From: Vampirovibrionaceae bacterium NZW_1234
GTDB taxonomy: Bacteria > Cyanobacteriota > Vampirovibrionia > Vampirovibrionales > JAGQHJ01
Length of the DNA stretch: 64,000 nt
Assembly (NCBI GenBank): GCA_041697335.1
Contig: JBGUGD010000016.1
Coordinates: forward strand, 128,001-192,000
Direction: 5' to 3'
This document shows positions 47,496 through 56,359 of the stretch, one piece after another. Below the pieces are notes generated by a model. The model had not been told where the DNA came from, ran no database searches, and saw nothing but the letters and a program-made list of their open reading frames with translations. Within the stretch, counting starts at the first letter, position 1; each line of letters opens with the position of its first letter. A program made the position numbers and the translations under genes.

Positions 47496-48179
47496 CTAAA
47501 TGACTGAGGGATAATTAAACCCTTGACGCTGTAACCAATCTTGGATGCCACCACCAGCACCCCCACTCCAGGGATTGCTATCAAAATTATTCTGAGCCCG
47601 CCATTGATTCATACCCATCCCGGCCCAAGCGGGTTGAGCACCCATCATGCTATTGGCAGGCATTTGGGCTGCCATAGAATTATCTAAACCTTGACCAGGT
47701 AAGCTCATGCCATTAGACGCCATCCAGTTTGGCATCCCACCACCAACGCCCCCACTCCAGGGATTGCGATCAAAATTATTCTGAGCCCGCCATTGATTCA
47801 TACCACCTGGCCCCCCTTGCCAGGATGAAGCAGCGTTCATCGACATAGCAGCATCAGAAGCCAATGGACTCATCATAGGACCGGCAATCTCATCTGTGGG
47901 AAAAAACATTCCGTTAGCCTGCGCCATATTATTCATAGCCAACGGATTACCTTGCAACTCACGGAACTTCGCCATACCCATTCCCGCCCAAGGAGCGCCG
48001 GAGCCGGTTGTGAAAGAATCATCTGGGATTTGAGAGGCCTGAGAAGCTATCGAACCAACAGTGCTGAGCACACTTTGCTGAATATTTTGCGCCATGCTGG
48101 CCACATCGGGCCGCATCATCATACCCGCACGTCCTCGATTCATCTCATTACCCATTGCTAGCATATCTGTGCTCCACAC
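47496..48179 (-). CDS. Met/Gly/Asn/Gln-rich low-complexity protein with an internal repeat
   Basis: 227-aa ORF containing MNQWRAQNNFD[RS]NPWSGG twice. The start is uncertain (GTG 48179 or a downstream ATG). Confidence 0.7.
   Translation of the reverse strand: MWSTDMLAMGNEMNRGRAGMMMRPDVASMAQNIQQSVLSTVGSIASQASQIPDDSFTTGSGAPWAGMGMAKFRELQGNPLAMNNMAQANGMFFPTDEIAGPMMSPLASDAAMSMNAASSWQGGPGGMNQWRAQNNFDRNPWSGGVGGGMPNWMASNGMSLPGQGLDNSMAAQMPANSMMGAQPAWAGMGMNQWRAQNNFDSNPWSGGAGGGIQDWLQRQGFNYPSVI
47561..47804. repeat. 55-bp direct repeat (47561-47615 and 47750-47804, one mismatch) within the CDS
   Basis: Read directly from the sequence. The 189-bp offset keeps the reading frame. Confidence 0.9.
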
Positions 48180-48296
48180 GTTTGTTGCTCTCTATATCAA
48201 CAAAAACATGGAAATCTAACTTATTTCCTATTTATATCTATATATTTATCTTTGTAAACAGAAGAGTCCGTCTTTAACGCCTATCAGTCCCAAGCA

Positions 48297-48336
48297 ATAG
48301 GTAAAACTCCCCCTTGAATGAGGGAGTTTTACCTAT
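48297..48336 (-). terminator. perfect 15-bp inverted repeat, likely intrinsic terminator
   Basis: ATAGGTAAAACTCCC / GGGAGTTTTACCTAT, just after the stop codon of the AAA gene. Confidence 0.8.
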
Positions 48337-48352
48337 AGTATACTATTACGCC

Positions 48353-50989
48353 TTAGGAATCCCGATGCGCTAAAGCGTGGAAGCCCATTTGACCTTTATC
48401 AGGATCGTGATCTTCCTTCTGCATTGCTGCCAGCTCCGCTTCCAGGGCCGACTGAGTCACCACAGGCAAGGCGGCAACTAATTTATCCAAATCCGGTTCA
48501 GCGTGCTGGCTATACTCCTCCAATAAGGACGCCATGGGAGCAAGTGTTTTGTTGATGGCCCGCTGTAAGAGCATCGCGAGGTCACGACCCACAAAGCCTT
48601 CTGCCTTTTTGGCCACGGTCTCGAATTGAATGTCTGGGCTGAAGGGATAGCCGGAACGCTTGGCGTGTTGGGCCAGAATCTGGGTTTTTTGCTCTAAGTT
48701 GGGCGCTTTAAACCGGACTTGCTTGATCTGTCGGCTCTTTAAGGCTTTATCCAAAAGTTCCGGCATATTGGTGGAAACAATGGTGGTAACACCTTCACGC
48801 TCGGCAAAACCATCCAGTTCAACCAGAATCTGGTTCAAGGTGCTTTCGACTTCTTGCCCACCGTCACTGGCCCCGACACGCTGTTGCGCAACCGAGTCCA
48901 CTTCGTCCAGGAAGATAATTGAAGGGCCGTTTTCATAGGCATCTCGGAAGATATCACGGACCTTTTGGGCCCCTTCGCCCAAATACATTTTGCGAAGTTC
49001 CACCGCACTCAAGGGAATAAAGTTCACCCCGACTTCATTGGCAAAAGCTCTTGCGGTAAAGGTCTTCCCAGTTCCAGGATCACCCACAAAGGACATTAAT
49101 TTGGGCATATCAATTCGGATATTTTTCTTCTGACGAAGCTCTTGCCGCAATTGAGAACTTCTGGCCAGTGCTGCGAGGGTTCTCAACTCAGTAACCGCTT
49201 CCTCTTGGCCCACCACCGCATCCAGTTTCAACGTCGGATCCGGCTTGAATTTAAAGCCTTTCCCATCCTTGCCTCCAGTTGCAGACAAGAGATCCTGGAT
49301 ATAAGACTGACGCTGTGAATCGAATTGGGTCACAAAGTCAGATGTAATAACAAACACGCCTTCGTCCTGGTGCCGTCCCTCAGCACCCTGGTTCAGTGCT
49401 TGCGCTTTCTTTGCGGCTTGAGAGGCAACCTTATCCATCATACTGATCATGTGATCCCGGCTGGGTGCACGGCCGGAAGATTGCATCAGGGTTTTGGCAA
49501 TCATCGTTACAGCATCGTCTTCAAAGCGAACCTTATATTCTTTTTCCAGGTCTTCGCGCAGACTTTGTCCCGAGAGCCGGAAATTCATCAGAGCTTCAGA
49601 CAGAGTCGGGGGTTTTAATTTGATAATAGCCGCAGAATCTTGAATTCCACCGTCTATGTTGGCAGCAAGTGCCTCCATACCACCTACCACCAGCTTAACA
49701 TTAGGAAATGCTTTGGCCAGTCGACCCAATTGGTTAAATAACGGCACTTGAGATTCATCCGCCAGAATAAAAAGCAAGGCATTTTTGCCGATGGGGGTTT
49801 TCTGCTGAATTTCACTCATGGTTTTCTTCAAGGCTTTCAATACATCAGGCTTCTCAGCCGACATATAGGAAAAGGTGGTTCGGGTATTCACCTGTAGCCC
49901 TTCCCATTGATGGTGAAAGGCTTCATCAAAATCACTTTCAATGACAAAGCTATGGACGTTAGCCTGACCATTTACGTCTTTGTCCATTTGCGGATTAACC
50001 GCCATTTGAGCAATCAAGCTACGTTGATCATCGACATGCCCCAATATAAACCCGGGCCGGGGCGCGCGTTCAAACCGATATATCCGGTGATAAACGGCAT
50101 CGGCAGCCTCCAAATTCATAAACTCCAGGGCTGGTACCATGGACTTGGTAACCACCGCTTTTTCTGGATTTACAGGTGTTTCTTTCTTCGAAGGCTCTGC
50201 TTTGTCTAGTTTCTTGGCCTTCGGTTTAAAGGCGGGTTCCGGAACTACCACTCTGTCTCTGACATACTTCTGAGTAATTCGCTCTGGCGCTTTCAAAAAC
50301 AAGCGACCAAAATGCATTAAGACATCATCATGCGGTGTTTTGGCTTGCTTCATAGCCACTGCACCCTGGAAAAGCGCACTATAAAGATGGTCAGACTCAA
50401 GTGGAGCATCCTGCCATTGGGCGGCACGATTTAAGCTCTTGAGCAAGGCTTTACGATCCGCATTCAAGGAATTCGGGCCTTGGTAGCGACTCAATTCCGC
50501 AAGGTTAATTTTTAAGGCACTAATGAGCTTGAGAAAATACTGATCAAAAGCTGCTAACATCCGGTTATCCAAGGCCGTCTTGGGCTCAGCCAAAGGCAAT
50601 GTCTTTTTTAAGTTATCACGGAAAGCCACCAGGGCCGGACGATTATTGGTCCGATCGTAATACGTCCATTGTTGAAGTTTCTTGAGCCAGGTTGGTCGAT
50701 TCTCATAGGCTAAAAACGTGCTGATGTCATGCATCAAATAGGTGCTAAAGCGACGTTGTTCAGGCCCTAACGCGTGCCATTGTTTTTTTAGTATAGGTCC
50801 TAAAGTATTGTCTGCCAGCACGGTCTGGGGTTTGCCTGCATCATGGGCAGGTTTACTCGTCCCAACCGAAACTGTGTCTTCAACTGCGTTTTGAGGCGGC
50901 TTGATCTGTGGATTGGCCTGAAATCGAATCTGACTCGACAAATTCAAAGCAGCAACATGTGTCGATAAAGTCCCAACCGGCATTGTCAT
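48353..50989 (-). CDS. AAA+ ATPase: FtsH/CDC48-type C-terminal module preceded by Clp-like remnants, no protease or TM domain
   Basis: Motifs GDPGTGKT, MYLGEG, IIFLDEVD, TLNQILVELDGF and STN.PELLD.AL. No HEXXH. Confidence 0.85.
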   Translation of the reverse strand: MTMPVGTLSTHVAALNLSSQIRFQANPQIKPPQNAVEDTVSVGTSKPAHDAGKPQTVLADNTLGPILKKQWHALGPEQRRFSTYLMHDISTFLAYENRPTWLKKLQQWTYYDRTNNRPALVAFRDNLKKTLPLAEPKTALDNRMLAAFDQYFLKLISALKINLAELSRYQGPNSLNADRKALLKSLNRAAQWQDAPLESDHLYSALFQGAVAMKQAKTPHDDVLMHFGRLFLKAPERITQKYVRDRVVVPEPAFKPKAKKLDKAEPSKKETPVNPEKAVVTKSMVPALEFMNLEAADAVYHRIYRFERAPRPGFILGHVDDQRSLIAQMAVNPQMDKDVNGQANVHSFVIESDFDEAFHHQWEGLQVNTRTTFSYMSAEKPDVLKALKKTMSEIQQKTPIGKNALLFILADESQVPLFNQLGRLAKAFPNVKLVVGGMEALAANIDGGIQDSAAIIKLKPPTLSEALMNFRLSGQSLREDLEKEYKVRFEDDAVTMIAKTLMQSSGRAPSRDHMISMMDKVASQAAKKAQALNQGAEGRHQDEGVFVITSDFVTQFDSQRQSYIQDLLSATGGKDGKGFKFKPDPTLKLDAVVGQEEAVTELRTLAALARSSQLRQELRQKKNIRIDMPKLMSFVGDPGTGKTFTARAFANEVGVNFIPLSAVELRKMYLGEGAQKVRDIFRDAYENGPSIIFLDEVDSVAQQRVGASDGGQEVESTLNQILVELDGFAEREGVTTIVSTNMPELLDKALKSRQIKQVRFKAPNLEQKTQILAQHAKRSGYPFSPDIQFETVAKKAEGFVGRDLAMLLQRAINKTLAPMASLLEEYSQHAEPDLDKLVAALPVVTQSALEAELAAMQKEDHDPDKGQMGFHALAHRDS

Positions 50990-51146
50990 TCTTGTTCACC
51001 TACTAACCCAAAATTGTAAACATCCCCAACAGAGGGGTACCAAATTCACATTGCCCTTTATATCAAAAGAGTAATCAAATTACAACTTGTTTAAGAAATA
51101 TGTCGAGCAGTTGTTCTGAGTTGTCCGAAACACTCGTCCGTTATAC

Positions 51147-52055
51147 CTACGCCCCCAACTGCAAGGCTATTTGGCTGGCAGAGGATTGCAAGGCCGGAGG
51201 TACAAACAACGCTAGAACTTCAGAAGCTTTCTCTCGCTTATCGCCTTTGCAACTAATAAAGCGCTGAACCGATAAGGAAATTTGGCAGGCTGGGGCGTAC
51301 CAATGTCGAGTCAATGACGTGTCGTGATTGGAAATGACCACAATAACACCTTGCTGTGACAAGGCAATTGCCGTCTCAGCTAACTGTACTTGCTGGTCCT
51401 GGCTAAACCCTCCGGCACTGTAGCTGGTAAAATTTGCAGTGGAAGATAAAGGAACATAGGGCGGATCACAATAAACCACATCACCGGCTCGGGCTTGGGC
51501 CATCACGCTCAAAAAATCCATGTGCTGCCACGTTACCGATACCCGCTGGACTTTGTGATAAAACGCCAACATCTCCCGCTCGGGGAAATAAGGTTTCGTA
51601 TAACGGCCAAAGGGGACATTAAACCCCGCTCGACTATTATAACGGCACAACCCATTAAACCCATGGCGATTGAGGTAGACAAAAGCCATCGCACGAAAAT
51701 AGCTTTCGGAACTTTCATTGAAAGCATCCCGAAGTGAGTAATAGCCTTCCGGCGTGTTGTTTTGTGGTGTAAACAACGTTTTACAATCCTGGATAAAGGC
51801 TGTTCCATGAGTGGCTAAAGTCTGGTAAAGCCCTATCAAATCTTGATTGCTGTCGTTCAATATGTAGCGGGAATAGGGTGTATTCATAAATACAGCCCCA
51901 GACCCTACAAAAGGTTCAATCAAGCGGGAAGTTTCCGGCCATTTGCCTAACGCATGCTGTAGGGCAGAAACAATCCTGAATTTATTGCCCGCCCATTTTA
52001 AAAACGGTCTCTCTAACGGTTCATCCACAGCTATCTTTGCTGGATGGAGCGCCAT
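51147..52055 (-). CDS. dam: Dam-family DNA adenine methyltransferase
   Basis: Motifs FLKWAGNK, EPFVGSG, YLNRHGFNGLCRYN..FNVPFG and YCDPPY. Confidence 0.93.
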   Translation of the reverse strand: MALHPAKIAVDEPLERPFLKWAGNKFRIVSALQHALGKWPETSRLIEPFVGSGAVFMNTPYSRYILNDSNQDLIGLYQTLATHGTAFIQDCKTLFTPQNNTPEGYYSLRDAFNESSESYFRAMAFVYLNRHGFNGLCRYNSRAGFNVPFGRYTKPYFPEREMLAFYHKVQRVSVTWQHMDFLSVMAQARAGDVVYCDPPYVPLSSTANFTSYSAGGFSQDQQVQLAETAIALSQQGVIVVISNHDTSLTRHWYAPACQISLSVQRFISCKGDKREKASEVLALFVPPALQSSASQIALQLGA

Positions 52056-52207
52056 CCCCGGTTACCAAACACCACGAACATCATCGAACAACGATGATGT
52101 GTTATAGGCCATTATATCTTAAATCCAGGCTCTGATCAGAGCCTTATGCTTTTTCCAACCACTGGTCCTGTTTCCCAACATCATCCTGAACCCTGAACGG
52201 GTTATGG

Positions 52208-52537
52208 CTATTGTCGAGTGCCGAACTCTTCTTGTGCGGCTTTTTGGGCTTTTTGTGATTGTTCTTGCTCTTCCTTGTGAATCGCCTCTTGGCGAAGCTG
52301 CAGACTACGCATACGGGTATCCAGCAGTTTTTCCGCTTCATTTAACTGGCGGATCCTGGCTTCCAACATCTTGTCGGCCTTGGTACCAGGCTCATATTCC
52401 ACCTTCAAGTTCATAAAGGTACTGACTGCTTTCGCCAGATAATGCTTATGCTGCATCAAGAATTGCATCTGAAGATCCAAATCGTACTTCATTGCAATGA
52501 GCATCATTAATCTAGGTTGACTGGATGCGAAAGGCAT
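52208..52537 (-). CDS. hypothetical coiled-coil protein (N-terminal ASSQxRL motif)
   Basis: 109-aa helical ORF with GGGGG upstream. Confidence 0.7.
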   Translation of the reverse strand: MPFASSQPRLMMLIAMKYDLDLQMQFLMQHKHYLAKAVSTFMNLKVEYEPGTKADKMLEARIRQLNEAEKLLDTRMRSLQLRQEAIHKEEQEQSQKAQKAAQEEFGTRQ

Positions 52538-52628
52538 TTATTGCGTTCCCCCAAATACCCCTTGGTTATATAAAACCCCGTTCTACCAGTTTTATGACAA
52601 ATTATTAACAAATATTTAAGAGTTGGCG

Positions 52629-52868
52629 TTAGAATTTCCGATCAATCTTAACGCCACGATGCGTATATGGACTGGAATTGGTCAGAAACCCTTCCATCCG
52701 ATTCAGTTGCTGCATGTATAAATTATGCCGAAAGCGGTTCAGCTTGGCGTTGCTTTTGTAGTTTAAAATCATCGATACAAAGGCGTGAAAGCTTTCAACC
52801 ATCTCTCCGATGGGATTACTCCGCTGGAATGCTTGAATGGCGAGATTTAAATATACACTTGCGCTCAT
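52629..52868 (-). CDS. small hypothetical protein
   Basis: 79-aa ORF with GGTTAGGA RBS. C-terminus HRGVKIDRKF. Confidence 0.6.
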   Translation of the reverse strand: MSASVYLNLAIQAFQRSNPIGEMVESFHAFVSMILNYKSNAKLNRFRHNLYMQQLNRMEGFLTNSSPYTHRGVKIDRKF

Positions 52869-53044
52869 ACACTATCCTAACCACAATTGAGTCTACTACC
52901 CCTATTCATGAAAAAACGGCGAAAGGGCAAAAATTGCTTTTTTGTAACAGAAATTTACAGTTTCCAATATACTAAAGAAGTGATTTTGATATACAAAACC
53001 CTTTTAAAGCCACCCCAATGGATTCCAGAAATCCGTAAAACAAA

Positions 53045-53935
53045 TTAGCCTAAAGGAAAGACTTTTAAAGGTTTGAGACGTCCAGAAGGCTCCCCAGAAG
53101 CGACACCAACAGGATAATCGCCAGAAATTAGAACATAGGTCCGATTTTGCTGTACCGTCCCAACGACTTCCTCCTGGAGCAACTTCATCCCATTCGAAAG
53201 CTTCCCAAGGGCCTGGGGTGTCACGACTATCGAAGGAATCGCGAGATAAGGCGTCGGGTTCATGACATACGTTTCAGGATGTGGAGAGTCCAGGAAATCA
53301 TCCAGTGAGATGCTCTGTTCTAAGGTAAATTGGCCATGATGCGTTCGAACAAGACCTGAAAGGTAAGCCCCATAACCTGTGGCTTGACCCAATGCTTGGG
53401 CAATTGAGCGAACATAGGTGCCACTCGCACAGTGGATATCGACAGTAAGTTCAGGATGGTCCGTCCCTTCTCCCAGAAAGGAGACCAAGGCCATGCGATA
53501 AATGATGGCCGGGCGAATGGGTAATTCAACGGTAATTCCCTTTCGAGCATACTCATACAGCTTCTTCCCATTAACATGCACAGCCGCATGAGGAGGAACC
53601 TGTTGCTGGATAGGCCCTTCTAGTTTAGACAACTCTGCGGTAACCTGCTGCTGTGTTAATGCTGCAGCAGAAACATCGCTTATCCAGTCGCCTTCGGCAT
53701 CCCAACTGAGGGTAGTCCTTCCAAACGTTATGACAGCACGATATTGTTTGTCGCTGGGAAAATACTCAATCAATCGAGTTGCCTGGCCAACACAGACAGG
53801 CAATACACCTGAAGCCAGAGGGTCTAAAGTTCCGCAATGCCCCACACGCCTTACTCCCAATTTGCGACGTACTTTGGCCACAACATCATGAGAGGTTAAG
53901 TGCAAAGGCTTATCCATATTAATCACGCCGAACAT
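53045..53935 (-). CDS. truB: tRNA pseudouridine(55) synthase
   Basis: Motifs TSHDVV, GH.GTLDPLASGVL, GKKLYEYAR and GTYVRS. Confidence 0.96.
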   Translation of the reverse strand: MFGVINMDKPLHLTSHDVVAKVRRKLGVRRVGHCGTLDPLASGVLPVCVGQATRLIEYFPSDKQYRAVITFGRTTLSWDAEGDWISDVSAAALTQQQVTAELSKLEGPIQQQVPPHAAVHVNGKKLYEYARKGITVELPIRPAIIYRMALVSFLGEGTDHPELTVDIHCASGTYVRSIAQALGQATGYGAYLSGLVRTHHGQFTLEQSISLDDFLDSPHPETYVMNPTPYLAIPSIVVTPQALGKLSNGMKLLQEEVVGTVQQNRTYVLISGDYPVGVASGEPSGRLKPLKVFPLG

Positions 53936-54020
53936 CCGGTCAACATCCTAGCCACTGTCTTATGACCAGTTTACTGTAAAGACTCAGATGTCACCAATTC
54001 ATAGCCACGAAACACACACC

Positions 54021-54049
54021 AAAAAACCCGCTGATTTCTCAGCGGGTTT
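54021..54049 (-). terminator. intrinsic terminator
   Basis: AAACCCGCTGA/TCAGCGGGTTT stem with a U-tract on the minus strand after the 54068 stop. Confidence 0.8.
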
Positions 54050-54067
54050 AATTCTGTACCTGGGTAA

Positions 54068-55804
54068 TTATTTACGAACCACCATGGTACTGCTGACAGG
54101 ACGCGGGGTCTGGTTGTTGCCACCACCTCCGGAAATCGTACCCTGTGGAGAGGTTTTAAGGGTTTGGACCCGATCGTTCACCGCCTGCTGGGTCTGGTTA
54201 ATGACCGTTTGGGTGTTGAGCGGTTGCGTGCCTGTATTTTGCATCACAATAGGACGAGTCGTCACCTGATTTGTTGGCTGGGTTGAGACAGGATTAATGG
54301 GCCGAACACCACCGGTAACCGTGGTAGTCTGAGTAACGGTCCCACCTACACCGGTTTGACCTGTGGTCTGGGTACCCATACCTGTTGGATTAATGACAGT
54401 CGTGGTGGTTCCCACACCGGTTTGTTGTCCGGTGGTTTGGGTTCCTACGCCGGCTTGCTGACCCGTGGTTTGAGTACCAACTCCAGTTGTGGCTCCCACA
54501 CCGGTCTGCTGACCCGTGGTTTGAGTACCGACTCCCGTTGTGGCTCCCACGCCGGTCTGTTGCCCGGTGGTTTGGGTTCCTACGCCGGTATTGTTACCAA
54601 CGGTTGTTGTGGTTGTACCAATACCATTCTGAGTTGTCACTTGAGTACCGTTACCACCACCTTGAGTGGTTACCTGACCATTGTTGGGATCCACCTGAGT
54701 TTGCGTGTTGTTATTCTGGTTCAGATTGGCCAAAGTGGTATTGATTTGATTCAAGGTTTGTTGAATCTGAGCCTGAAGAGCGGGATCGGTACCTTGGGTT
54801 GCTGTGGTTGTATTGTTTCCGGTCCCTTGGGTAACACCGTTACCATTGGTGTTTGTCACCGTGGTTCCTTGGGTGTTGGTAGTGGTTCCATTCCCTTGGG
54901 TAACTCCATTACCATTAGTGTTTGTCACCGTGGTTCCTTGAGTACCACCGGTACCGGCGCCATTGGTTGCTGGCTGCTGAGGCTTATCCTTCTCAGCTTT
55001 CAGCTTGGCCACTTCCTCGGTCAGTTTGGCAATGGTTTCAGACATCTGTTTTATCATTTCAGCCAACTGATTATCGGCCGCAGGTTGATTGCCCTGACCG
55101 CCTTGGGTTGTTGCAGTGGTAGCGGTAAAGGTTGTATCACCGGTTTGGCCTACTTGATTAGCACCACCATTCGGGGCAGCTGTGCCCGCTTGAGCATCTG
55201 TCTTGGGCTTATCTTTTTGATCTGCATCAACCTTAGCATCTTCTTTATCTTGCTTTTGTTGCTCCAAGACAGTACTAATCAGTTTTGTAAACATGGCTAT
55301 GCTTGCAGTGTCATTGGCTGGAGAAGCTTGAGGTGCAACTGTTCTTTCGAACTCTTCCTGTCGAGCATCGGCACCGAAGATATTGCTAAGCAAACTGAGA
55401 CTTGCCAAATCAGGACCAACGCCAAGAGGCGAAGCACTTAAGAGAGGATTCTCTAAAGCAAGTGCAGGAAGACCAATAGCGCCGGTACCAAAAGAGGTGC
55501 CTAAAAGACCAATGTCATTCAAGCTTTGGTTAAGCAGCGGGCTCGAAAGCAAAGGAGACGCTGCGATTGGCGCAGAAGCTGAATAGTCAAGGGCATAAAT
55601 TGGAACGGCCACTACCGGGCTCTGAACCTGGGGTAAACTACCCCACATTGCTGCAGAACCATAAGCGCTGGGCCAAAATGTACCTTGAGAACCTACTGAA
55701 AAATTGGGGTTCGAATTTGACGTAAAAACACTGTTGTCAATAAATCCGGAATCCCCGTAAAACCCAAAGGGCATTGAGGATACACCACCAATACTGTAAC
55801 TCAT
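54068..55804 (-). CDS. Gly/Thr/Gln-rich repetitive low-complexity protein
   Basis: 578 aa, no Cys seen. Contains GVGTQTTGQQTGVGATT and TQGTTVTNTNGNGVTQG repeats. AGGAG RBS and its own terminator. Confidence 0.8.
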   Translation of the reverse strand: MSYSIGGVSSMPFGFYGDSGFIDNSVFTSNSNPNFSVGSQGTFWPSAYGSAAMWGSLPQVQSPVVAVPIYALDYSASAPIAASPLLSSPLLNQSLNDIGLLGTSFGTGAIGLPALALENPLLSASPLGVGPDLASLSLLSNIFGADARQEEFERTVAPQASPANDTASIAMFTKLISTVLEQQKQDKEDAKVDADQKDKPKTDAQAGTAAPNGGANQVGQTGDTTFTATTATTQGGQGNQPAADNQLAEMIKQMSETIAKLTEEVAKLKAEKDKPQQPATNGAGTGGTQGTTVTNTNGNGVTQGNGTTTNTQGTTVTNTNGNGVTQGTGNNTTTATQGTDPALQAQIQQTLNQINTTLANLNQNNNTQTQVDPNNGQVTTQGGGNGTQVTTQNGIGTTTTTVGNNTGVGTQTTGQQTGVGATTGVGTQTTGQQTGVGATTGVGTQTTGQQAGVGTQTTGQQTGVGTTTTVINPTGMGTQTTGQTGVGGTVTQTTTVTGGVRPINPVSTQPTNQVTTRPIVMQNTGTQPLNTQTVINQTQQAVNDRVQTLKTSPQGTISGGGGNNQTPRPVSSTMVVRK

Positions 55805-55807
55805 GGA

Positions 55808-55936
55808 CGAAAACTCCTAACTCAATAACTCCGAAACTCCCTTGTTTTCAGGGAGTGAGACAACACATCCTATTTATTCTTATATGCATAAAAACAATCA
55901 TTAAGATTTTATTGATGCATTCTAACAATTTGTAAC
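55808..55936 (-). promoter_or_regulatory. shared upstream cassette, copy A
   Basis: Minus strand: GTTACAAA-TT-GTTAGAAT (55919-55936), TTGTTTTTAT (55888-55897), GAGTTAGGAGTTTTCG (55808-55823). Confidence 0.7.
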
Positions 55937-56165
55937 AAGCAAGATACTAAAAGGCGTCATCGTCCAAATAGCAACATCGAGCTGCCAATAGGCGTCAAGA
56001 GAGATAATAGACTTCCAAAATTGCTGATTAACATCTATTCCAATTTCTGAATAATCATGCCCTGAATCACAGGGACATCGGCACTTCACTTCTTAAAGAC
56101 TACGGAATGATCCCAAGTCATCCAACACCCACATTTTTAGAGTGATAAAGACCCCTTGCATAAAG

Positions 56166-56193
56166 AAAAAGCCCGCCCACACGTGGACGGGTT
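56166..56193 (-). terminator. intrinsic terminator
   Basis: AACCCGTCCACGTGTGGGCGGGCTTTTT on the minus strand, about 170 nt after the 56360 stop. Confidence 0.65.
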
Positions 56194-56359
56194 AAACGTT
56201 AGATAGAGAGAGTTAGAGATGAAGCGATAGGGATAGTGAGTTGAAACATTGGATACATTTTCTAAAGTGTTCTCGCCAGTTCAACACCTATAGGCATCGC
56301 GGTTATTAAGCGAGAGATACACTTCGCAGGATACATGAATTTATAACGACGATATCGTT

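Noticed and set aside
48353..50989. Calling the AAA gene ftsH
   Set aside because: It has no transmembrane helices and no HEXXH protease domain.
54400..54600. Tandem ~51-bp repeats as a CRISPR array
   Set aside because: They are in-frame coding repeats with no unique spacers, and no cas genes are present.
54356..55441. 361-aa plus-strand ORF with Cys/Gly repeats
   Set aside because: It is the antisense shadow of the repetitive minus-strand gene, which has the RBS, cassette and terminator.
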